NCBI GenBank assembly: GCA_044224815.1
Contig: JBGAJR010000019.1
Location: 1 to 64,000 of the forward strand
Direction: 5' to 3'
Length of the DNA: 64,000 bases
Source of the DNA: Polyangiaceae bacterium
GTDB lineage: Bacteria; Myxococcota_A; Polyangia; Polyangiales; Polyangiaceae
Shown here: positions 8,668-18,082 of the stretch, one piece after another
Numbering within the stretch: the first letter of the stretch is position 1
How the letters are laid out: each line of letters opens with the position of its first letter
The notes under the pieces: generated by a model
What the model saw: the letters and a program-made list of their open reading frames with translations, nothing else
Database searches by the model: none
Told to the model about the DNA's origin: nothing
Program-made: the position numbers and the translations under genes

Positions 8668-8700
8668 CACGAGCCCAACTATACTAGAGTGTCGGGCGCC

Positions 8701-9663
8701 ATGCTGACGGCAGACCAGGCGCGCGCCGCGCTCGACCGGACCCTCGCTGCGACCGACTTTCCCACGCTCGGCCAGAAGTACGAAGGCAAGGTGCGCGACA
8801 ACTACAGCGCGCCCGAGGGCAAGCGGTTCATCGTGGTCACCGATCGCATCAGCGCCTTCGATCGGGTGCTCGGAACGATCCCGTTCAAGGGCCAGATCCT
8901 GAACCGCCTCGCGGCGTGGTGGTTCGAGAGGACGAAGGGCGTCGTCGACAACCATCTGATCGGCGTGCCGGACCCCAACGTGCTCGAGTGCGTGGAGTGC
9001 GAGCCGATCTTGGTCGAGATGGTCGTGCGCTCGTACCTCACCGGGACCACGTCGACGAGCATTTGGACCCACTACGCGCGCGGCGAGCGCGTGTTCTGCG
9101 GACATCGCCTCCCCGACGGGATGAAGAAGAACCAGAAGCTCGCCGCGCCCATCCTCACGCCGGCCACCAAAGCCCCGAAAGGTGAGCACGACGTCTCCGG
9201 CTCGCGCGAGGAGATCCTCGCCGTCGGCCAGGTGACGCCCGCCGACTTCGACACGGCCGCCGAGCTCGCCCTACGCCTCTTCGCCGAGGGGCAGCGTGTG
9301 TGCGCGGAGCGCGGGCTGATCTTGGTCGACACCAAGTACGAGTTCGGCCGCACCAAAGACGGTCGCCTCGTCGTCATCGACGAGATCCACACCCCGGACT
9401 CTTCGCGCTTCTGGCTCGCGCCGACCTACGAGGAGCGCTTCGCGCGCGGTGAAGATCCGGAGCCGCTCGACAAGGACTTCGTCCGCCGCCACTACACGGC
9501 GCTCGGGTACGTGGGCGATGGCCCGCCGCCTCCGTTGCCGGACGACGTGCGCGTCGGCGCAGCGCTCCGCTACGCCGAAGCCTTCGAGCGCATCACCGGC
9601 ACGGCGTTCGTGCCCGACATGGAGCCGCCGCTCCCACGGATTCGACGAAACCTCGGGCTCTGA
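8701..9663 (+). CDS. purC: Phosphoribosylaminoimidazole-succinocarboxamide synthase (SAICAR synthetase, long form)
   Basis: Motifs RISAFD, KYEFG and [12 protein letters not shown] are present. The upstream TATACT hexamer (8680-8685) is a plausible -10. Confidence 0.85.
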   Translation: MLTADQARAALDRTLAATDFPTLGQKYEGKVRDNYSAPEGKRFIVVTDRISAFDRVLGTIPFKGQILNRLAAWWFERTKGVVDNHLIGVPDPNVLECVECEPILVEMVVRSYLTGTTSTSIWTHYARGERVFCGHRLPDGMKKNQKLAAPILTPATKAPKGEHDVSGSREEILAVGQVTPADFDTAAELALRLFAEGQRVCAERGLILVDTKYEFGRTKDGRLVVIDEIHTPDSSRFWLAPTYEERFARGEDPEPLDKDFVRRHYTALGYVGDGPPPPLPDDVRVGAALRYAEAFERITGTAFVPDMEPPLPRIRRNLGL

Positions 9664-9711
9664 CGAGGCGCGCGGCTTGTGTACGCGCCGGGCGCCGGCG
9701 ACGATGCGCGC

Positions 9712-10401
9712 ATGGCCAAGGCGAAGACGAAGAAGACGACCGCGAAGAAGGCCGCGCCGAAGAAGGCTGCGCCCAAGAAGGCTGCGCTGAAGAAGGCTGG
9801 GCCGAAGAAGGCTGGGCCGAAGAAGGCTGCGCCGAAGAAGGCCGCGCCGAAGAAGGCCGCGCCGAAGAAGGATGCGCCGAAGAAGGGCGCGCCGAAGAAG
9901 GCCGCGCCGAAGAAGGCGGCTGCGCCCAAGAAGGCTGCGCCGAAGAAGGCGAACGCTCCCAAGGCCGCGGCGGGCGGCGGACATCTCGCGCACGCGTGGA
10001 AAGACGTGTCGGTGAAGCTCGACGGCGAGATGTTCCCCGCGGTCTTCTTCGACTGGAAGTCGTTCGAAGCGGATTCCGATCCGAGCCCGACCGCGAAGTA
10101 CCACCCCGGTCGCGACGGCTCTCATTGGGCGAACGGCTTCGACGAGTACATCGTCGGCGATTGGTCGGACCGAGTGGAGAGCGGAGCATGGGAGCCGATC
10201 GCGGTCGTCGGTCTCGGTCACGCCAGCACGCTCGAGAGCTTCGCCGAAATGAACAACCGCGGCTTCCTCGCGGTGGTTCGTGAGGCTGGCGATCACCCCG
10301 CCGGTACGGTGCTCTGGCTCGACGGCCCGCGCTGGGGCAAGGACGCGCCCGCCGTGATCGGCGCGAGCTTCGGCGCGCTGACCGTCAAGAAGGGGCGCTG
10401 A
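9712..10401 (+). CDS. Histone H1-like Lys/Ala-repeat protein: about 14 (A/G)APKKA repeats fused to a ~150-aa C-terminal domain of unknown function
   Basis: MAKAKTKKTTAKKAAPKKAAPKKAALKKAGPKKAGPKKAAPKK..., then a globular C-terminus. Resembles Hc1/AlgP-type bacterial histone-like tails. Confidence 0.75.
   Translation: MAKAKTKKTTAKKAAPKKAAPKKAALKKAGPKKAGPKKAAPKKAAPKKAAPKKDAPKKGAPKKAAPKKAAAPKKAAPKKANAPKAAAGGGHLAHAWKDVSVKLDGEMFPAVFFDWKSFEADSDPSPTAKYHPGRDGSHWANGFDEYIVGDWSDRVESGAWEPIAVVGLGHASTLESFAEMNNRGFLAVVREAGDHPAGTVLWLDGPRWGKDAPAVIGASFGALTVKKGR
9745..9960. repeat. Tandem 18-nt coding repeat (gccgcgccgaagaaggc-like units, ~12 copies)
   Basis: Seen directly in the sequence. It encodes the KKAAPK repeats. 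Confidence 0.8.
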
Positions 10402-10431
10402 GCGCGCCCGCACCCGAGCTCGCGTACAGGT

Positions 10432-11034
10432 TCAGCGTGCGAGGTCGGTGATCATCGCTTCGAGCGCCGCGAGCCCGGTCGTGATCTTCTTCACGAACGA
10501 GCCTTGGTGCGGAACCAGCACGAAGCGCGGATGCTTCGACCAAATGGCGCGCAGCCTCTGATCGAGCTCCACCGCGCGCGTGAGTGATTCGTTGCGCACA
10601 GGGTTGCCGCCTTCGATCTGGATGCCCCCCACCGCGGCGCTCTCGAAGAAGATGACCCCGTCGTAGCGAGCGAGCTCGGCCTCCAGCGTGGTGCCGAGCT
10701 CGCTGAAGAACATCCCTTCCTTGCCGTGATTGGGCCAGTAGGCCGCGCCGTCCACGGTGCCGCGATCGCAGAGGAGGATGCGGTCGGGGAAGTTGGCGGT
10801 CATCACGTCCTCGAGGTTGCGCTGGACGTGGAAGATCGCCTCCTGCGTCGCGCGTCGCCCCTCCACCGCCTCGACGCGCGGGAACCCGCCGCCGAAGAGA
10901 ATCGTGGCCGACTCGGGGACGATGACGACGCGCTCGCCGATTTCGCGCCGAAAGAGGTCGGCCGCGGTGGTCTTGCCGCCGCCCGGACCACCGGTCAGGA
11001 CGATGCGAATGCGGCCATTGAAGCGGGGAATCAC
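10432..11034 (-). CDS. AAA_28 family P-loop ATPase (NadR/Ttd14-like ATPase-kinase fold)
   Basis: Walker A is LTGGPGGGKTT. Length is 200 aa. Confidence 0.65.
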   Translation of the reverse strand: MIPRFNGRIRIVLTGGPGGGKTTAADLFRREIGERVVIVPESATILFGGGFPRVEAVEGRRATQEAIFHVQRNLEDVMTANFPDRILLCDRGTVDGAAYWPNHGKEGMFFSELGTTLEAELARYDGVIFFESAAVGGIQIEGGNPVRNESLTRAVELDQRLRAIWSKHPRFVLVPHQGSFVKKITTGLAALEAMITDLAR

Positions 11035-11089
11035 GGTCGGTCGAGATTACGACGATCGCCGTGCGATCCGCGAGCGCCGTCTCTTCGAC

Positions 11090-11407
11090 TCACTCGCAAG
11101 GACGGCAAGCGGCGCCGCAGGTGCGAAGGCACGTCTGCTCGTCGCCGCTGCAGTTGCGACGGCACGACGGATTGCCGTCGCGCGGCACCGAAGCCTGCTT
11201 CATGGTGTTCCCGAGCTCCATGGGCGTCGAGGCGTCGCAGCGCGCCTCGCACTGCGCGAGCTCGCCCGAGCACCTCGCCTCACAGGAGCGCGTGCACCCC
11301 TCGCCGCACGTGCCGCTGGTGGGGCCCACCGGCGCCGAGCCCTGCGAAGCGCCGCACGCGAAGACGGTCGCGACGAGGACGAGAGACGCGATCGTGCGGA
11401 CCACCAT
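11090..11407 (-). CDS. Cys-rich small lipoprotein (105 aa)
   Basis: MVVRTIASLVLVATVFACGAS lipobox. The mature part carries 14 Cys. Its start codon overlaps the stop of the upstream M50 gene (TGATG). Confidence 0.6.
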   Translation of the reverse strand: MVVRTIASLVLVATVFACGASQGSAPVGPTSGTCGEGCTRSCEARCSGELAQCEARCDASTPMELGNTMKQASVPRDGNPSCRRNCSGDEQTCLRTCGAACRPCE

Positions 11408-12549
11408 CACATCACCATGGGCGAGGGCATGAAGAGGAGCGCGAAGAAGAGGAGCGTGATGACGGCCACGATCTTGCGACCGAGCGTGAGCGGCGTCGCG
11501 CTCGTGGGGGGATGATCGAGGAGCGGCGTCGCGCGGAGCGAGCCACCCTTTCGCTCCATCGCGAGGAGGAGGCCGAGGCCCGCGAACCACGCCAACCAGA
11601 AGAGCGGATTCACGTCACCGTTCTGGCCGTACCAGGCGAGCGCGATGAGCCCGACGAGCCCGAAGATTCGGACGCCATTCGACATGACCGGCGCGTCCGC
11701 GTCGCCCTGCGCGGGCGGCTGGGACAAGGAGCCGATCACGCCGAGGACCTCGAACCACACGAGCCAGAACATCGAGCTCATCAGGTGGCGGCCGAGCTGC
11801 GTGAAGCCGATGCCGGCGCGGAGATCGCGCGCGGCGAAGCTCGCGACGCTCACGAAGAAGAGCGCGAGGAGCGAGCGGTGCACGATGACCGAGTGCTTGT
11901 CTTGGCGCGGCCCGAAGAGCGCGTACGCGACGTGTCCGCCGTCGAGCTGCCCGACCGGAAGCAGGTTGATCATCGTGACGAAGAGCCCTGCCCAAGCGGC
12001 GAACGCGACGGGCGAGAGCATGAGGTCCATGCCCTCGGGCGTGGGGCCGACCGCGATTCGATCGAAGAGCTTGGTGAGGATCGACTCGCCGAGGAAGATG
12101 CCGTCGTTCTTGCCGAGCAGCGGCACGAACGACGAGTGCGCTGCACCCCACAGGTACATCGGGATGGCGACGGTGAGGCCGGCGAGCGGTCCGGACGCGC
12201 CGATGTCGAGCAAGGCCTTACGGGTGGGGATGCGCCCGCTCATGCGAATGACCGCGCCCATGGTCCCGAACGGCGACAGGTACGGCATCGGGATGAAGTA
12301 GGGCAGCGACGCCGGCACGCCGTGGATACGCGCCGCCACGTAGTGGCCGAGCTCGTGCGCGAGGAGGATCGACAGGAGCGCGCCCGTGAACTGGGCGCCG
12401 TAGATCAGCGCGGCTCGACCGAAGTGCGCCGCCTCGTATCCCGGCGAGCTCGTCCACGCCGTGTAGAACACGCTCGCTGCCGTGAGCGCGAAGAGGAGCA
12501 CGCTGCGCCGGAAGTCGGCTGGCAGGCGCGACGACTGCTCATCCGTCAC
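11407..12549 (-). CDS. Site-2 protease family (M50) membrane zinc metalloprotease
   Basis: HELGHY zinc motif, multiple TM helices and a conserved LLPVGQLDGGHV. GTG start chosen at 12549, preceded by AAGAAGG. ATG alternatives at 12612 and 12666 would overlap the upstream gene more. Confidence 0.7.
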   Translation of the reverse strand: MTDEQSSRLPADFRRSVLLFALTAASVFYTAWTSSPGYEAAHFGRAALIYGAQFTGALLSILLAHELGHYVAARIHGVPASLPYFIPMPYLSPFGTMGAVIRMSGRIPTRKALLDIGASGPLAGLTVAIPMYLWGAAHSSFVPLLGKNDGIFLGESILTKLFDRIAVGPTPEGMDLMLSPVAFAAWAGLFVTMINLLPVGQLDGGHVAYALFGPRQDKHSVIVHRSLLALFFVSVASFAARDLRAGIGFTQLGRHLMSSMFWLVWFEVLGVIGSLSQPPAQGDADAPVMSNGVRIFGLVGLIALAWYGQNGDVNPLFWLAWFAGLGLLLAMERKGGSLRATPLLDHPPTSATPLTLGRKIVAVITLLFFALLFMPSPMVM

Positions 12550-13210
12550 GCCCGGACCTTCTTCGCGCAAGGGCGTCGGCGAGTCGTTGGAGCTGGGTCT
12601 TCCGGCGGGCATCGAGCGTTCCGAGTTCGGTGCGGAGGACGAGATCGCCGCGGGCGAGGTCGCCATGCGTCTCGATGGTGAAGCTCTCGGCCGAGAGCCC
12701 CGCCTCTCCAAGCTGGGTCTCTAGCACGGCCGCGTCCAGGGGATGGGCCTCGAAAACGAGGCGCCGCGCCCCGCGCGCCTCACGGAGCGCAGCCTGGGCC
12801 ATGTCGACGATGCGCGTGGGTTGGAGCTCGAGTGCCGCACCGACCACGCGCTCGGCCAGCACGACTGCCGTGTCGAGCAGCCGCTCGAAGTCGCGCGCCG
12901 CGCGCGCGTCCTCGTCGCTGCGGAGGGCCACGATCTCGGCGGCGACCTTGGCGTCAGCCTCGCGAGCCAAGGCGACCCTCTCTTCCTCCTCGCGCGCGCG
13001 CCCGCGCGCTTCGGCTGCACTCGTGATGCGCGCGGCCTCTTCGTGCGCCCGGGCCAAGATGTGCGCCGCCTCGCCGCGCGCGTCCATCACTTCGCTCGGG
13101 ATCACGCGGCCTCGCGGAAGCCCGCGTGCGGGAGCCGTGACCCCAGCGGCCGCGGTCGGTCGCGCGCTCGCGGCGCCGCGAATCACGGACCCTCGCGTCA
13201 CTCGCGCCAT
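12539..13210 (-). CDS. FliH/SctL (YscL)/V-ATPase-E-like protein
   Basis: Ala/Glu/Arg-rich coiled coil. The C-terminal HPLDAAVLETQLGEAGLSAESFTIETHGDLARGDLVLRTELGTLDARRKTQLQRL matches the FliH/SctL C-terminal signature. Start at MARVTRG. Confidence 0.5.
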   Translation of the reverse strand: MARVTRGSVIRGAASARPTAAAGVTAPARGLPRGRVIPSEVMDARGEAAHILARAHEEAARITSAAEARGRAREEEERVALAREADAKVAAEIVALRSDEDARAARDFERLLDTAVVLAERVVGAALELQPTRIVDMAQAALREARGARRLVFEAHPLDAAVLETQLGEAGLSAESFTIETHGDLARGDLVLRTELGTLDARRKTQLQRLADALARRRSGRDG

Positions 13211-13314
13211 GCTCGCTCCAGCGCCCCCATATCGCCCTCCATGGTACGAGAAATTCGGCCTCATTCCCGGGGATTTCGGCCGCCAGAGACGCAGCCGCCC
13301 TCTACGCTCGATGG

Positions 13315-14136
13315 GTGGTGCTCGCTCGTCGCCTTGTCCTTCGGCTCGCGATCCTCGCGGTCGTCGGGCTCGCATCGAGCTGCGCGGGGAAGGTCGAGCC
13401 GCTCGACACGCGTGATGACGCGGGGTCGTCTCCGACGCCGAGCGCGTCTGCGACCGCCACCGCGCCGACCCTGGTCGCGCTCGCGACGACGACGCCTTCC
13501 GTCGAGTGGGGCTACGTCGACTGCGGCGCGACGCGCACGAAGGCCGCTCACCTCAAGAACACCGGTGGCCGCGCGTTGCGCTGTCAGCTCTCGGTGACGG
13601 GAGACGCGTTCGTCCTCGACGGGGCCCCCGCGCTGTCGCTCGCGCCGGGCGCGGAGGTCGACGTTTCGCTTCGCGTCCGCGTTCCACGCGACGTCGCGCC
13701 GCGCGTTCCGATCGAGGGCGAGCTCGTCGTCGATCTCGGCGAAGGCGCGCCGCTCCGCGTTCGCCTGCGCGTCATCCCCGACGGCGCGATCGTGATGCTC
13801 ACTCCGGCCTCGGCGTCGTTCGGTCCCGTGCCGGTGGGCGACATCGGCGCGCCCATCCACGTCGATGTGGCGAACGAAGGCAACGCGCCGGTCACGATCA
13901 CGTTCGCGGTGCCCGACGCGGACGGATTCGGGCTCTCGTGGACCAATGTCCCGGCCGCGTTCACGCTCACTCCGAAGCAGAAGGAGACGATCCACGCCAC
14001 GTTCGCACCGCGCGCCGCGGGGCCGAAGCGCTTCGACGCCAAGATCACCATCGACGGTGCCGCGTGCGGCAACGTCCCCGATCGGTTGACCCTCACAGGC
14101 GACGCCGTCGGCATCGCCGACGCCGGTCCGGGTTGA
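13315..14136 (+). CDS. Lipoprotein with two tandem Ig-like beta-sandwich domains (ASH/Hydin-like), hypothetical
   Basis: Lipobox LASSCAG. Two roughly 100-aa repeats share the pattern V...L.N.G.A... Confidence 0.65.
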   Translation: MVLARRLVLRLAILAVVGLASSCAGKVEPLDTRDDAGSSPTPSASATATAPTLVALATTTPSVEWGYVDCGATRTKAAHLKNTGGRALRCQLSVTGDAFVLDGAPALSLAPGAEVDVSLRVRVPRDVAPRVPIEGELVVDLGEGAPLRVRLRVIPDGAIVMLTPASASFGPVPVGDIGAPIHVDVANEGNAPVTITFAVPDADGFGLSWTNVPAAFTLTPKQKETIHATFAPRAAGPKRFDAKITIDGAACGNVPDRLTLTGDAVGIADAGPG

Positions 14137-14143
14137 TCCGCGC

Positions 14144-15007
14144 TCAAGTCATGCGTGAGTAGCGACCGTCGGTCGCGCGCACGCGACCTTCTTCGACGAG
14201 CTTCTCGAGGTGCGCGGCGAGGCTCAGTCGCGCGATTGGCCACACGGTCATCGGTGTGTCGTCGTACGCGATCGGCAAGAGCTCTTCTTGGCTCGCGCCT
14301 TCGGGCGTCGCGGCAGCGTCGAGCGCGGCGACGATCTTGTCCTCGCGCTTCTGACGATGCGCTCGGTAGTGACGAAAGAGCGCGCTCGGAGCGTCGATGG
14401 GATCGCCGTGCGCCGGGAGCGCGACCGCGGCGTCGAGCGACTCGAGCCGAGCGAGCTCTCTCAGGTACGTGGCCATGTGTCCTTCACCCGGACCGGGAGC
14501 GATGAGGATTGTCCCCACGCTCGCGACCATGTCGCCCACCACGACGACGCGGGCGCGGCGATCGAACAAGCACACGTGCCCAGCCGCGTGGCCCGGCGTG
14601 TGGAGCACGTCCCACGCTTCGGGCGACGCGCCGTCCAAGACGAGGCGCTCACCATCGTGGAGCGCCCGCGTCGCGATGCCGCCATGCGCGAGAAACGGGA
14701 GGCGCGCGAGCGTGGCCTCGTGCGCCCAGAGCGGGAGACCGAGCGCGCGCGCCAGCGCCTCCGCGCCTCCGACGTGGTCGGGGTGGTGATGCGTGGCGAC
14801 GATCGCGATCGGGCGCCGCCCCTCGCTCGAGAGGCCGCGCGCCCAGGCCAACCACTCCCGTTGCTCGTCCTCGTACGGGGTCGCCGGCTCGACCAGCAAC
14901 ACCTCGCGCGTCCCCAGCGCGTAGCTGTTCGTGTGAGTGGCGGGCGGGAGGGTCGGGGTCTTGGCGCCGACCCATGAAACCGCGCGTGAGAGCTCTCGAG
15001 GCTGCAT
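14144..15007 (-). CDS. MBL-fold metallo-hydrolase
   Basis: THHHPDHVGG (HxHxDH), plus downstream His and Asp ligands HTPGHAAGH and VVGD. Confidence 0.75.
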   Translation of the reverse strand: MQPRELSRAVSWVGAKTPTLPPATHTNSYALGTREVLLVEPATPYEDEQREWLAWARGLSSEGRRPIAIVATHHHPDHVGGAEALARALGLPLWAHEATLARLPFLAHGGIATRALHDGERLVLDGASPEAWDVLHTPGHAAGHVCLFDRRARVVVVGDMVASVGTILIAPGPGEGHMATYLRELARLESLDAAVALPAHGDPIDAPSALFRHYRAHRQKREDKIVAALDAAATPEGASQEELLPIAYDDTPMTVWPIARLSLAAHLEKLVEEGRVRATDGRYSRMT

Positions 15008-15113
15008 GCGCGGGACCGTCCTTTCACCAAAAGCTTCGCGATCTTGGCATGGGAGGGAATCCATCGCCACCTGCGTGCGTATGTCGCGAGTTGTGGTAGC
15101 TCAACTTGCGCCC

Positions 15114-16229
15114 ATGAAGACCGCCGCCGTCACCGGTGTTTTCGCGTTTGCGATCGCCTCGCTTGGCGCGTGCGGCCAAATTCGGAGCGGCCCGCCCGAA
15201 GGCGCCAGCGCCGCGCCCGACAGCGGCATTTCCACCACGACCAACAACAGCGTCTCGGGCGACCAGGCCCTCAAGCTCGCTCCGGCGGCCACCGACTTCC
15301 CCAACGCTTCTTACCGAGCGGTTCACGCCGTCAGCAAGAACCGCGTCTTCGTCGTCGGTGACGAGTCGATCCTCGAGTGGGATGGCAAGACCTGGACGAA
15401 GACCACCGTCGGTGGCGTCGAGCTGAACGGTGTGTGGGGCAACGAGACGTGGGCGCTCGCCGTCGGCTCGTTCAAGAACTCGAATCGCGGCGTCGCCATG
15501 CTGCGCGCGCCCAATCGATGGGTGCAGTTCGCCACCGTCGAACACGGCCTTCGCTCCGTGTGGGGCAGCGGTACGGGAGACGACGATCGCGTCGTGGTCG
15601 TCGGCAACGACGGCGCGACGTACTTCGGCAACCCGACCCGGCCGATGGAGAAGGGCGTCCAGCAAGACGTGCCCGCCGACACTCCGCAGGCGCTCACCCA
15701 AACGCTCTTCTTCCCGGTGATGGCCGCCGTCGGCGGCAACTCGCCCAATCACGTCGTCGTGGCAGGGCCAGTGGGCACCTTCTACAAGTACGACGGCACG
15801 AACTGGAAGGGCGAGGTCCAGAAGATCGATCCCACGCGCACGTACTCGGCGGTGTGGGGCCCGCTCGGCAAGGCGTTCGACGTCGTGCTCGGCGCCAACT
15901 ACTACGGGCTCTGGTACTTCGCCGGCACCGACACGAGCGCGGAGACCGGCAAGCCCGGCTCGATGCTCCTCATGCTCAACGAGGAGCGCGACGACATCCA
16001 ACGCGCGCAGCAATACATCTACGGCATCTGGGGCGAGAGCACGTCGCGCTTCCTCGCCGTCGGAAGCTCGGGTCGCGTCATGCTGTTCGAAGGCAAAGAG
16101 AAGCCGCGCATCATGGACAGCCCCGCCGGCGGCCACGATCTGCGAGGCATCTCCGGCACCGGTTGGGACGATCTCTGGGTCGTCGGCGACGACGGCATCG
16201 TCCTTCACGGCTCGCTCACCCTCGACTGA
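15114..16229 (+). CDS. Lipoprotein, beta-propeller-like, hypothetical
   Basis: MKTAAVTGVFAFAIASLGACG lipobox. Repeated VVVGNDG and WVVGDDG blade-like motifs. Confidence 0.65.
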   Translation: MKTAAVTGVFAFAIASLGACGQIRSGPPEGASAAPDSGISTTTNNSVSGDQALKLAPAATDFPNASYRAVHAVSKNRVFVVGDESILEWDGKTWTKTTVGGVELNGVWGNETWALAVGSFKNSNRGVAMLRAPNRWVQFATVEHGLRSVWGSGTGDDDRVVVVGNDGATYFGNPTRPMEKGVQQDVPADTPQALTQTLFFPVMAAVGGNSPNHVVVAGPVGTFYKYDGTNWKGEVQKIDPTRTYSAVWGPLGKAFDVVLGANYYGLWYFAGTDTSAETGKPGSMLLMLNEERDDIQRAQQYIYGIWGESTSRFLAVGSSGRVMLFEGKEKPRIMDSPAGGHDLRGISGTGWDDLWVVGDDGIVLHGSLTLD

Positions 16230-16404
16230 GGCCTTCGCGCGCGCTGCAGCGGGCGTTAAGAGATCCACACCGCTTCGAGCCAGGGGGCGCACCGCCCCGA
16301 AAGCGCGGCCCCGCGCAAGCGTTGAAGGGCCAAATTTGCGGGTGAGCGTCAAATTACACCTCACTGGCACCGCCGATGCAGAACGCCCTGCCGGAGGTCG
16401 TGAG

Positions 16405-16893
16405 ATGAAGCTCGTGTCGCGTTGGTGGTTGTTGTCGGGGCTCGTCGGGCTGATGGCTGGCTGCTCGGGCGCTGCGCCCGAAGAGGGCACGGCGGTCGCG
16501 TCGGGGGCGGTCGTCGCGGCGCCCGCGGAGCCGGACTACGGCGTGTCGGAACGGTCGCGGGTCATGGACGCGCTTCGCGCGAAGGTGAGGCCGCTCCTTC
16601 GGGACCAAGACATCGTGTTCGTCGTGTCCGACGGCGGGGCCTACGAAACGAGCGGCCGCTTCGTATTCATGCGCGGCACGATTCGCCTGCGTGGCTCACT
16701 CGCCCCCGTCGACTATCGAGGCACGGAGTTCGAAGAAGCCGTCAACGAAGGCTTCTTCGACGACGGGTTCGCCGCGCTCCTCGAGCGCAGGGGCGAGGAG
16801 TGGAACGTCGTCGACTCCGCCATCGGGTCCACCGATGTGCCGTGGGTCGACTGGGATACGCGTTACGGCGCCCCCAAGGCCCTCTTCCGCTGA
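16405..16893 (+). CDS. Lipoprotein with one copy of a ~110-aa repeated domain (unknown function)
   Basis: Lipobox LMAGCSG. The domain ends W(V/E)DWDTRYGAP..LFR and is about 70% identical to the C-terminal half of the next gene. Confidence 0.7.
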   Translation: MKLVSRWWLLSGLVGLMAGCSGAAPEEGTAVASGAVVAAPAEPDYGVSERSRVMDALRAKVRPLLRDQDIVFVVSDGGAYETSGRFVFMRGTIRLRGSLAPVDYRGTEFEEAVNEGFFDDGFAALLERRGEEWNVVDSAIGSTDVPWVDWDTRYGAPKALFR

Positions 16894-17058
16894 CGACGAG
16901 ATCTCGGTCCCGGTCGCGCGGGGACGATCCGAGAGAGCGTGGGGCGTCAGGGCGCGGATCGCCTTGGACCCAACGGTCGTGCGACGCCGCTCGCGGGCGC
17001 GGATTGACCGAAGGATCGCGCAGCGTCGTTCGGCACGGCCGCTGCAGCCAACGCCCCC

Positions 17059-17946
17059 ATGCACGCTCATCGTACGAAGCCGTTCGTCACACTCACCGCG
17101 CTCGTCGTTCTCGCGTCCTCGCTCGTCGGGTGTGGCGCGTCTCCCGCCAGCGAGTCGTCGGAAGAAGAGTCCGCTGGCGCGATCGTGTCGACGGATCGCG
17201 CAGCCATCTTCGACGCGCTCCGGGCCAAGGTGCAGCCCGAGTTCCCGTCGCAGAGCATCCTCTTCGACGTGAGCGCCGGCCGCCTCGCCGAAGCGGCGGG
17301 GTTCGTCTACGTCGAAGGACGCGTCGTCCATCCCGACGGGTCGCCGGCCGTCTATGCGCTCTCCGAAGAAGACCGAATGCTGTCCGACGACCCGCGCGCG
17401 CGGAAGGGAATCTGGGCGCTGCTCCGTCGTGAGGGCTCGGTCTTTCGCGTGCTCGAGTCGCGCACGCTCTTGATGGACGTCGCGGGGATGGAGGACCGCC
17501 CGTGGGAGGAGTGGGCGCAGCGCTACGGCGCGCCGTCGAGCCTCTTTCCGACGAACCGGGCCGGCGCCACCGCCGAGGCTCCGGACTATGGCGTGGCCGA
17601 GCGCACCAAAGTCATGGACGCGTTTCGCGCCGTCGTGAAGCCGCTCGTCCGCAATCAGGACATCGTCTTCGTCGTCACGCAGGGCGGGGCTTACGAGGCG
17701 AGCGGGCGCTTCGTCTTCATGCGCGGACAGATCCGCCTGCGCGGCTCCCTCTCGCCCGTCGACTATCGCGGCACCGACTTCCAGCACGCGATCGACGTCG
17801 GGCTCTTCGACGACGTCTTCGCCGCGCTCGTCGAGCGCAAACCGAGCGGTGAGTGGACCGTGGACGACTACACCATCGGCGCGACCGACGTCCCGTGGGT
17901 CGACTGGGACACCCGCTACGGCGCGCCCACCGCCATCTTCCGCTGA
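17059..17946 (+). CDS. Lipoprotein with two copies of the same repeated domain (tandem paralogue)
   Basis: Lipobox LVGCGA. Both halves end in ...W..RYGAP..(L/I)F(P/R). Confidence 0.7.
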   Translation: MHAHRTKPFVTLTALVVLASSLVGCGASPASESSEEESAGAIVSTDRAAIFDALRAKVQPEFPSQSILFDVSAGRLAEAAGFVYVEGRVVHPDGSPAVYALSEEDRMLSDDPRARKGIWALLRREGSVFRVLESRTLLMDVAGMEDRPWEEWAQRYGAPSSLFPTNRAGATAEAPDYGVAERTKVMDAFRAVVKPLVRNQDIVFVVTQGGAYEASGRFVFMRGQIRLRGSLSPVDYRGTDFQHAIDVGLFDDVFAALVERKPSGEWTVDDYTIGATDVPWVDWDTRYGAPTAIFR

Positions 17947-17966
17947 GACCTACGCGCAAAAAAGAA

Positions 17967-17988
17967 GGGTGCCCGCGAACGGACACCC
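17967..17988 (+). terminator. Hairpin gggtgcccg-cgaa-cggacaccc followed by a tctctctctt tract, between convergent genes
   Basis: Inverted repeat with one mismatch, seen directly. A second perfect hairpin ccgcac-gaa-gtgcgg sits at 18048-18062 for the minus-strand thiolase. Confidence 0.35.
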
Positions 17989-18082
17989 TCTCTCTCTTCC
18001 GGCTCGAACAAGCGTCGCCCAGCCTGCGCGGCTCTTAAGCCGCGCTTCCGCACGAAGTGCGGAGGCGTAGGGCGGCGCGAAA

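Noticed and set aside
8098-8700. 5' extension of purC, and the 328-aa ORF 8203-9189 overlapping purC
   Set aside because: Homology for purC begins at MLTADQ (8701). The DUF2752 gene plausibly starts at MVTAEP (8667). The longer versions overlap each other on opposite strands.
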